This document shows positions 55,044 through 62,820 of a stretch of DNA of 64,000 nt, in pieces (within the stretch, counting starts at the first letter, position 1; every line of letters starts with the position of its first letter). The notes below the pieces were generated by a model. That model was not told the DNA's origin. It saw only the letters and a program-made list of their open reading frames with translations, and searched no databases. Source of the stretch: an uncultured Oscillospiraceae bacterium (GTDB lineage: Bacteria; Bacillota; Clostridia; Oscillospirales; Oscillospiraceae); the NCBI GenBank assembly GCA_964455425.1, contig CAYVWG010000001.1:3938-67937 (forward strand). The letters are read 5' to 3'. The translations under genes and the position numbers were made by a program.

Positions 55044-55931
55044 ATGGATAGACAACACATTTTTACCGGCGTGGCCACCGCTTTGGTTACGCCCACTTGC
55101 GAAGCGGGTGTGGATTATGCCAGCCTGGGCAAGCTGATCGATTGGCAAATTGCCTCTGGCGTGTCCGCTCTGGTGGTTTGCGCCACAACCGGCGAAGCGC
55201 CCACCCTGACCGACGAAGAGCACTGCAAGGTGCTGGAATTTGCCGTGCAGCGCGCCGCTGGGCAAATTCCCATCATTGCCGGCACCGGTTCCAACGACAC
55301 CGCCCACGCCATCATGATGTCCAAGTGCGCTTGTGATCTTGGCGTTTCCGCGGTGCTGTGCGTCACCCCATATTATAATAAGCCCACCCAGACAGGTCTT
55401 GTCAAGAGCTTCCATGCCATTGCCGATGCCTCCTCTGTGCCGGTGGTGCTGTATAACGTCCCCTCCCGCACCAGCGTCAATATTGAGCCTGCCACCTATG
55501 TCAAGCTGGCAGAACACCCCAATATCTGTGCCATCAAAGAGGCCAGTGGCAACATTGCCAAGATTGTGGAGACCTTCCAGCTGGTAGGCGACAAGCTGGA
55601 CATTTACTCCGGCAACGATGATCAGATCGTGCCCATCCTGTCTATGGGCGGCAAGGGTGTCATCTCTGTGCTGTCCAATGTGATGCCAGCGGAGACGGTA
55701 GAGCTTTGCAACCGCTTCTTCGCCGGGGATATCGCCGGCAGCGCCGCTTTGCAGATGAAGATGCTGCCTTTGGTCAAGGCTCTGTTTAGTCAGACCAATC
55801 CCATTCCCGCCAAGGCCGCTTTGGCACGGATGGGTTACTGTGAGGATTACATGCGCCTGCCCCTGACCCCCATGGAGGAACCGTTCCGCAGCAATCTTTA
55901 TGCACAGATGGAGAATCTGGGCCTGCTCTGA
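55044..55931 (+). CDS. dapA: 4-hydroxy-tetrahydrodipicolinate synthase
   Basis: GTTGE, YNVP and the KEA(S) Schiff-base lysine region (ICAIKEASG). Confidence 0.95.
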   Translation: MDRQHIFTGVATALVTPTCEAGVDYASLGKLIDWQIASGVSALVVCATTGEAPTLTDEEHCKVLEFAVQRAAGQIPIIAGTGSNDTAHAIMMSKCACDLGVSAVLCVTPYYNKPTQTGLVKSFHAIADASSVPVVLYNVPSRTSVNIEPATYVKLAEHPNICAIKEASGNIAKIVETFQLVGDKLDIYSGNDDQIVPILSMGGKGVISVLSNVMPAETVELCNRFFAGDIAGSAALQMKMLPLVKALFSQTNPIPAKAALARMGYCEDYMRLPLTPMEEPFRSNLYAQMENLGLL

Positions 55932-55970
55932 TTTTCCCGCACACTTCCCGTTAGAAAGAGAGAACGAACG

Positions 55971-56714
55971 ATGAACGTCATTGTACATGGCGCCTGCGGT
56001 TTCATGGGCCGCGAGGTGATAAAATATTTAGCCACACGCTATCCCGATGCCAATATCATTCCCGTAGACGCCGCTCCGGATTGTGAAGATGTATATCCCA
56101 GTTTATCGGCCTACACCGGCAAGGCAGACTTAGTGGTTGACTTCTCCCACCACAGCTCCACCGCCAGTGTGACAGGCTACGCGGTAAGCACCGGCACCCC
56201 CACCGTTATTGCCACCACCGGTCAAACAGAGCAGGAGCTTACCCTTATTCGCAGCGCTTCCGCCAACGCGCCGGTGTTCTTTGCCAGCAATATGTCCGTG
56301 GGCATTGCCGTGCTGATCCGTCTGGCCAAGCAGGCCGCCCAGGCCTTCCCCGATGCCGATATCGAAATCGTCGAGCAGCACCACAACCGCAAACTGGATG
56401 TGCCCAGCGGCACCGCCTTGACCATTGCCACAGAGCTACAGGCTCTGCGGGATGGCTCCGTGCTCAACATAGGCCGCCATGAAAACGGCAAACGCGCCAA
56501 GGAGGAAATCGGTGTGCACTCTCTGCGTCTTGGCAACGTAGTGGGAATCCACGAAATCCTGATCAGCACCCCTTCCCAAACCCTGACGCTTAAGCATGAG
56601 GCCCACAACCGGGCGCTATTTGCCGAAGGCGCTGTGGAGGCCGGTCGTTTCCTTATGCGCAAAGGTCCCGGGCTTTACGACATGCGGGATTTCCTGGAAG
56701 ACAACAAAGGATAG
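55971..56714 (+). CDS. dapB: 4-hydroxy-tetrahydrodipicolinate reductase
   Basis: N-terminal GxxGxxG (HGACGFMGREV), E.HH..K.D.PSGTA motif (EIVEQHHNRKLDVPSGTA). Confidence 0.93.
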   Translation: MNVIVHGACGFMGREVIKYLATRYPDANIIPVDAAPDCEDVYPSLSAYTGKADLVVDFSHHSSTASVTGYAVSTGTPTVIATTGQTEQELTLIRSASANAPVFFASNMSVGIAVLIRLAKQAAQAFPDADIEIVEQHHNRKLDVPSGTALTIATELQALRDGSVLNIGRHENGKRAKEEIGVHSLRLGNVVGIHEILISTPSQTLTLKHEAHNRALFAEGAVEAGRFLMRKGPGLYDMRDFLEDNKG

Positions 56715-56772
56715 CCTACTGTTTTTCCCGCCAGGGCTGTACATCCCCAGCCTGGGTGAGCAAAAATAGGAT

Positions 56773-56819
56773 AGCGGGCGCGTTGGCAACACAATACCAA
56801 CGCGCCCGCTGTTTGTTTT
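56773..56819 (+). terminator. Intrinsic terminator after dapB
   Basis: 14-bp stem agcgggcgcgttgg / ccaacgcgcccgct followed by GTTTGTTTT. Confidence 0.8.
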
Positions 56820-56907
56820 ATAGGGCGGATCGCTCCCGCCGGAACATCCGCTGGGCCTCCTTTATTCGCCGAGGGACATCCTGTTGTTGCATGGACAAGC
56901 TCCGCCC

Positions 56908-57495
56908 CTACGAGGAAAATGCGCAGCGCACAGGGCACTGTACCGAAGCCTCGCCGCAGCTGACCGTGATGTACGCTTCTCCCTCTCCCACAGAGGCCAC
57001 CAAACCGGTAGCCCCCACGGTGGCCACGGTAGGATCGCTGCTGCTGTAGGTCACTTGCCCTGTTGCCCCTGCCGGCAGCGCTTGCACCAAAATCTGCTGC
57101 TGCTCATCCGGAGCTGTAAACGTAAGGCTCTGCGGGCTAAGCACAAAGCCCGTGTTAGCGGCGTCTTCTGTCGCTTCCGAGGACGCTTCTGTTTGCTTGC
57201 TGGACAGGCTGCTGTAAATGCTGGATTCGATCATTCCTCCCTGCCAAAGCAGATAGGTGACCGCAATGGTTAGAGACAGCAGCAAAATCACCAAACTGGC
57301 AATCAACTGCACCCGTATTCTTGGGTAGGGCCGGTAAACCACCCGGGTCGCTGCAGTCTCGTCCTGGGGGCGCCAGCACTCCTCCTCCGGCATAAATCCA
57401 TGCTGCGCCGGCGCAGGTTCGCCGCAGGCCGGACACCGTTCTTCTTCCGCGTCATATAGTTGTCCGCAGCTGGGACAAATGATTTGTTCAAACAT
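56908..57495 (-). CDS. Zinc-ribbon / single-TM / Big_2 (bacterial Ig-like) domain protein
   Basis: N-terminal CPSCG...CPACG, a TM helix (LIASLVILLLSLTIAVTYLLW), and a C-terminal Big_2-like pattern (LTFTAP....L......TYSSSDPTVATV...GLV..VGEGEA.ITV). Confidence 0.7.
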   Translation of the reverse strand: MFEQIICPSCGQLYDAEEERCPACGEPAPAQHGFMPEEECWRPQDETAATRVVYRPYPRIRVQLIASLVILLLSLTIAVTYLLWQGGMIESSIYSSLSSKQTEASSEATEDAANTGFVLSPQSLTFTAPDEQQQILVQALPAGATGQVTYSSSDPTVATVGATGLVASVGEGEAYITVSCGEASVQCPVRCAFSS

Positions 57496-57572
57496 TCTGT
57501 TCTCCCCTTTGGCAAACCTGCCATTTTGTTTCCTATATCATACCATTTTCTTTGTCGCAAAACAATATCTTA

Positions 57573-57601
57573 TTGCATTTTTATTCTTTTTGTTTTATTA
57601 T
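57573..57601 (+). promoter_or_regulatory. Putative sigma-A promoter for the pseudokinase gene
   Basis: TTGCAT, a 17-nt spacer, TATTAT, in the AT-rich divergent intergenic region. Confidence 0.55.
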
Positions 57602-57643
57602 AGTTGATAGAGTTACCTATCTCTCATGAAAGGAGGCTTCTTT

Positions 57644-60600
57644 ATGGCCGACTTCCCCGCCGGCTCTCCCCTGCTGTCGCAGATGACTGTTGGCGATTGT
57701 ATCAGCAGCCACAACGGGGTATCCTGCTATGCGGTGCACAATGCCGCATCCGACCAGCACTTTGTGCTAAAATGTGTGTCCATACCCGCTTCGCCAGAGA
57801 AAACCCAGGCGCTGATCCTATCTGGCGCGTTTTCCGATGAGGCCGCCGCCAATACATACTATCAGCTTTTGGCACAGGACATGGCCGCTGAGCTGGAAAT
57901 CAGCAAGCGCTTTGCCAACCATCCCAATATTTTGGCTTGTCTTGGCTACCAGGTGACGCCTAAAGAAGATGCCATCGGCTTTGAGGTGCGCTTCATTACC
58001 CACAGGGAAACTTCATTGAAAGCCTTCCTGGAAAACAACGCCATGACCCACCTCCAGGCCGTGAATTTGGGCATCGATCTTTGCACGGCGCTGTCTGCCC
58101 TGCGGCAGGAAAACTGCGCGTTTCAAAATCTAAAGCCGGAAAATGTTTTCATTTCCTCCACCAATCGGTTTATGCTGGGAGATTTGGGGATTGTTTCTCT
58201 CCAGGATATGAACTACGGTTCCCTACCTGAGCAGTATTTCAGCAGCTACACCGCCCCGGAGCTACAGGATATCCTAGCTGGCCTAAACCCCACCATTGAT
58301 TTGTATTCTCTGGGTGTATTGCTCTACCGCATTTATAACGGCAACCACGGCCCCTTTGAGGATGAAAAGACCTCTCCCAAAGCCGCCGAACAGCAACGCA
58401 TCCGGGGAGAGACCCTGCCCGTCCCCCTCTATGCGGACTATGAGCTGGCGGAGATCATTCTTAAGGCCTGCGCCTTCAAGGTGGAAGACCGTTATCAATC
58501 CCCGGAGGACATGAAACAGGCGCTGGAAATGTACATGCAGCGAAACAGCATTTCCGACAACCTAATCGTCCCACCCATTATCACCGATCCTGTGGATCGG
58601 CCCGGCGCTGTACCCGTCCAGGAGGAAACCGAGCCAGTCAGCTTCACCGATGTGCGGCAGCTAGACGACACCTTCAAAAAGCATTTTTCTCCAGACACGG
58701 AAAGTCTCAACGCTATAATTGAAGAAGTGAAAGCCGCCGAGGCCGCCCAGGAAGCCGCCCAGAAAAGCCCTCCTGAAGCTGACGCCTCACCGACAGAAGA
58801 AATTCCACTCTCAGAAGAGATCCTACCGTCAGAAGAGATCCTGCCGGAGGAGGAAAAGGCGGCAGCGCCCGAGGATGAGGATGTTCCTCCACTTCCAGCG
58901 GCCCCAACTGCAGGGGATGAACCTTCGCCGGAAGAAGGGGCCGCTTCCGCCCAGGTGCCTGCTCCACAGCCAGAAGCGCCCCAGGAAGCCACCGCTTTTG
59001 TCAAGGAAGACCCGCCAAAAAATGCCCCGGCAAGTAGTTCCTCCCATAAGGGCAAGGCAAAAAAGGCGGACAAGCCGGAGAAAAAAACAAAGCGAAGAAA
59101 GCGTCAAACTCCCACGGACATGTCTACAGCCGATCATTTTGCCCCGGCCAATGCCGCCGAAAGCCCGCCATCGAGCGCCAACGATCTCATGGCCGCACCC
59201 AAGAAAAGCCACAAGGGAATTTGGGCGTTGATCATTATTCTGCTGGTGCTGGCTCTTGGCGTAGGCGCGGCGTATAAGTATACGCCTTTTGGGGACTATG
59301 TGCAAGGCTGCCTGCTGCATGTGGAGAAGATCGAGGTCACCGATTTGGGTGCCAACACCCTTACCGTACAGCTGACCGCAAATGTGGATGACCCCACCGT
59401 TACCGTGTTCTGCCAGGACGCCCGAGGCAACAAGTATACGGCCGACTGCAGCAATAGCGTGGCCGTCTTTACCGATCTTTACCCCGGCACTCAGTACACC
59501 ATCACCGTTAAGGCCAAAGGTCTGCGGCACCTGTCCGGGGTAGACAGCTGCACCGCCGTCACCAACGCCGCCACGGAGATCACCGCCTTTACGGCAAAGG
59601 CCGGCACAGAGGAAGGCGCGGTTGCCCTGACCCTGCTGACCAAGGACGAAAACACGGAGCCGGAGGAATGGATTGTCTCTTATGGGTATTCCGGCGGGGA
59701 AACTCAGGAAGAAACCTTCACCGGCCACAGCACCCAGCTTTCCGGCCTGACGCTGGGAGAGGAATACACCTTCACCCTTAAGGCCGCCAATGCCTACTAC
59801 TTAACCGGCGTCACCTCTACCACCTACACACCGGTGACGGAGGTCATTGCCGAGGACTTATCCCTTTACTCCTTTGTGGGGGATCGTCTAACGGTGGCCT
59901 GGCAATGTGCCTCTACCCTCCCCACGCAATGGCTGGTCACTTGCACAGACAGCGAGGGCAACCCTGTTGCCTCCACCAAGGTCACGGAGTGCTTGGCAAC
60001 CTTCACCGGCATGACCATTGGCCAGGCCTACGTCATCACCGTCTCCGCCGACGGCATGTTCCAGGATCTAACCTTAAATATCCCCGCGGAAGTGATTTTG
60101 CTGGATAGTTTCCAAGCTCAGTTGGAAGATGACGGCCTCCATGTTTCCTGGAGTTGCCAAGAAACGCCGGAAAACGGCTGGCTCGTTATGCTGGCCTTGG
60201 GTCAGGCGGAATATCTAACCATGAGCCAGCAGGCTACGGAGAACGAACTGGTTGTCACCGCTCTTTTGCCAGAGACCACCTATACAGTCTATCTCCGCTC
60301 AGCAGACGGCAGACCTGTTGTCGGCCAAACGCCGGTGCAGATCACCACAGAAGCCTCTGCCTCTCGTCCGCTTTTGGGTCTGGAAAGCGCCAATCTTACG
60401 CTGGATACCTACCTTTGCCCGGACAAAGAGGCTTGGCAGGCCGCTGATTTGGGAGAAAGCCAAAGTACCTTCTCCGCCGGACAGACCATTGCCTTTACGC
60501 TGAGCAGCGATACCGCGCCGGAAACCAGTCCCAACGCCGTCACCGTCCTATACATTGTGCGCGACAAAGACGGGAATGCGGTAGACCTTGGGCGGGAGTT

Positions 60601-60751
60601 GGTTTACTGGACCGATTTGTGGGCAGACAGCCAGCAATATTGCGCCAGCCTTACCCGCACGCCTAAGCTGCCGGGAGAATACACCTTAGAGGTTTACCTC
60701 AGCTATAATTTGACCGCCAGCGTTACCTTTACCATCGGGGAAAATTCATAA
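57644..60751 (+). CDS. Membrane protein with degenerate Hanks-type Ser/Thr kinase domain (predicted pseudokinase), disordered linker, TM helix and four FN3/Ig-like repeats
   Basis: Kinase subdomains are recognisable (FVLK, E in AAELEIS, LKPEN, GDLG, YTAPE, DLYSLGVLLY). The HRD Asp is Asn (FQNLKPEN) and there is no GxGxxG loop. TM helix at aa 532-549 in ORF-track numbering. About 90-aa repeats end in ...Y.(I/F)T(V/L).A.G. ATG at 57644 after AGGAGG. Confidence 0.85.
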   Translation: MADFPAGSPLLSQMTVGDCISSHNGVSCYAVHNAASDQHFVLKCVSIPASPEKTQALILSGAFSDEAAANTYYQLLAQDMAAELEISKRFANHPNILACLGYQVTPKEDAIGFEVRFITHRETSLKAFLENNAMTHLQAVNLGIDLCTALSALRQENCAFQNLKPENVFISSTNRFMLGDLGIVSLQDMNYGSLPEQYFSSYTAPELQDILAGLNPTIDLYSLGVLLYRIYNGNHGPFEDEKTSPKAAEQQRIRGETLPVPLYADYELAEIILKACAFKVEDRYQSPEDMKQALEMYMQRNSISDNLIVPPIITDPVDRPGAVPVQEETEPVSFTDVRQLDDTFKKHFSPDTESLNAIIEEVKAAEAAQEAAQKSPPEADASPTEEIPLSEEILPSEEILPEEEKAAAPEDEDVPPLPAAPTAGDEPSPEEGAASAQVPAPQPEAPQEATAFVKEDPPKNAPASSSSHKGKAKKADKPEKKTKRRKRQTPTDMSTADHFAPANAAESPPSSANDLMAAPKKSHKGIWALIIILLVLALGVGAAYKYTPFGDYVQGCLLHVEKIEVTDLGANTLTVQLTANVDDPTVTVFCQDARGNKYTADCSNSVAVFTDLYPGTQYTITVKAKGLRHLSGVDSCTAVTNAATEITAFTAKAGTEEGAVALTLLTKDENTEPEEWIVSYGYSGGETQEETFTGHSTQLSGLTLGEEYTFTLKAANAYYLTGVTSTTYTPVTEVIAEDLSLYSFVGDRLTVAWQCASTLPTQWLVTCTDSEGNPVASTKVTECLATFTGMTIGQAYVITVSADGMFQDLTLNIPAEVILLDSFQAQLEDDGLHVSWSCQETPENGWLVMLALGQAEYLTMSQQATENELVVTALLPETTYTVYLRSADGRPVVGQTPVQITTEASASRPLLGLESANLTLDTYLCPDKEAWQAADLGESQSTFSAGQTIAFTLSSDTAPETSPNAVTVLYIVRDKDGNAVDLGRELVYWTDLWADSQQYCASLTRTPKLPGEYTLEVYLSYNLTASVTFTIGENS

Positions 60752-60756
60752 AATCA

Positions 60757-60801
60757 GGCGCTGTGAGAAGCCACATTGGATTTCTCACAGCGCCGTCTTT
60801 T
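60757..60801 (+). terminator. Intrinsic terminator after the pseudokinase gene
   Basis: 13-bp stem ggcgctgtgagaa / ttctcacagcgcc followed by GTCTTTTCT. Confidence 0.8.
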
Positions 60802-60919
60802 CTGCGCCCTTAGCGTATTATGGATCTTGCCGCCATAGCGTCTCCCAGCTCCAGGGCTGTCCAGGCTGCGGCAACCGCAAGTCAAACAAGCCTCTTCCCG
60901 TCAAGCTGGCCAAGCTGGC

Positions 60920-61660
60920 TCAATCCGTCTGATTTACATATTCCTCCAGGCATAAGCCCTCATCGTGAATTTCCCTTGCCGCTGTTTTGCCCATATAGCG
61001 GTAATGCCACAGCTCATAGCTAATGCCGGTGATCTCCTGCTTGTTGCTGGGATAGCACAGGATAAAGCCATACTGATAAGCGTTTTTCAGCAGCCATTGT
61101 TGTTCTGCCGTTTCCTCTTGATGGGCATCTAACCCTGGTATGCTTCGGAAACAATGTCCAGCGCATGCCCCGTCTCATGCTCACTGTTGCCGGGAACAGC
61201 GACCCAGTTTCTCGCTTCCTTCTCCGCCTCTTGGTGGGTATAGTCCATCTGTTCGTACTCCTCCACCTTTCGATCATATAGCATAACCTGGGTGGCGTGG
61301 TCACGATAGGCGGAGCAAATCACCAGCGACATTCCTGCTTTTTGGGTGTCTTCCAGTATATCCTGCAAATCGCTGTAGATTCTGGTCTACTGCATGGCCG
61401 TCGGTCAGCTGGCTAAGCTCTACGGTATAGTCCTCTTCCTGCGGGTGGCTGGCATTCACCAACAGTAACCGCCAATCTGCGGTTTCTTCTGTTGTCGCCA
61501 CCGGATCTTTGTAAACGACCTTAATTTTCTCCGTTTTTCCGCCGCACGCGCTAAGCAGCACCGTCAGCGCCATCAACAAAGCCAGCCATTTCCCTTTTCT
61601 TATGTACACTATCGTTCCCCCGTCGTGATCCATTTCTCCGCGTTTACTACGGTTCTCCAT
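60920..61660 (-). pseudogene. VanY-type D-alanyl-D-alanine carboxypeptidase (peptidase M15B) lipoprotein gene disrupted by two frameshifts
   Basis: Homology runs through three frames. Frame A covers the lipoprotein signal (LLSAC) and WRLLLVNASHP... Frame B (61129-61368) carries SAYRDHATQ...PGNSEHETGHALD. Frame C down to the TGA at 60920-60922 carries WLLKNAYQYGFILCYP....ISYELWHYRYMG. Switch points are at about 61386-61392 and about 61132-61137 (a G-run). Confidence 0.8.
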
Positions 61661-62154
61661 AGAAGTGCTTCCTATGTGAGCAAACGCCATCTCACACCAT
61701 TTCCTATGGGCTTTACGCGATGAACCCTCCTATGAACGGCGGTTTTTCTGTCTATACTATCCACAATCGGTGCATGGACGCGCCTATCCGCCTTGGGCGG
61801 ACAAACTGCGTGCCGCGGCAGGCCGTAGCCTTTTGTCAAAAATGTGGCCAATTTTTTTGATCATCTCAACCGGTATAACCGGTTTTCACCGCCTACTGGC
61901 GGCGGACAAACCGCTACGGGGCTTGCGGCTATGCAATAATAAACCGCTCCCCCGCTTGTAGCACAAAACCCTACAGGCAGGAGAGCGCTTTCCTTCCTTT
62001 GGCCAATCAAAACCATCTTTTGCACAGGCGCCGGACAGCTTCCGCCTTTCAGCAAAGGAAGCATTGCGGGGATGGATCCGGTAGGAAAACCCAGCGGCTA
62101 CCTTTCCTGCCATCCTTTCCGCCAAAGCCTGCAATAGTGAAAATTTTTGCCAGT

Positions 62155-62667
62155 TTATTGACCGGTAGACTGTTTTAACCAATCGGTAAGATAGACCTGC
62201 ACCTCCGTGGGCTGACGCTCCAAAGCATCGGCAAAGGCATCACAAAGCAGCTTTTGCGCCTCTCGCAGGTAGTTTTCATCAGAAACATGCAGCTTCTTAC
62301 CCTCTGCCTGACGTCTCAGCTTCTGTTGATACAGGGTAAGCACCAGCCGGGCCTTTTGCTGGCAGTCGCTGCCGTGGATGATCTCATCAAAGCGGCTCTT
62401 CCGTTCCTGCACATCCTCTGTCCACAGGCTTTCCGCCTGCGCGGCCTGCTGGAGCATAGCTTCCACTTCCTCCCTGTTGGGAATCGGCCGCATCCGGGCG
62501 GTAAGCTGGCTGTTTTCCGCGGGAACATAAATTACCGCCGTATTCTGGTGCAGTGGCCGCAGTACATAGTATCGCTCTCGCTTACGAGAAAACCGCAGCA
62601 TTTCCAAGCGCTCGATCTGACACGCACCGCTGTTGCCGTATAAAATCGTATCTCCCACCTTGTACAT
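62155..62667 (-). CDS. CarD/CdnL-family transcriptional regulator
   Basis: N-terminal Tudor-like RNAP-interacting motif MYKVGDTILYGNSGACQIE.......YYVL.P.......IYVP. Confidence 0.88.
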   Translation of the reverse strand: MYKVGDTILYGNSGACQIERLEMLRFSRKRERYYVLRPLHQNTAVIYVPAENSQLTARMRPIPNREEVEAMLQQAAQAESLWTEDVQERKSRFDEIIHGSDCQQKARLVLTLYQQKLRRQAEGKKLHVSDENYLREAQKLLCDAFADALERQPTEVQVYLTDWLKQSTGQ

Positions 62668-62820
62668 ATGCAGGACTCCTTGTTGCTGCCGAATTTACTG
62701 CGGCTGTACATGCCACAGCATCAGGATTTCCTCCTAGCGGCAGACTTCCCCCTATTTATCATTATATCATTTTTTGGAAAAAATGGTATACCTTTTATCC
62801 CCCAGGGAAAAAATATTTTT

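Noticed and set aside
60820-61023. 67-aa plus-strand ORF and 94-aa minus-strand ORF (61020-61304) near the VanY locus
   Set aside because: Both overlap the frames that carry clear VanY homology. They are by-products of the frameshifted pseudogene region.
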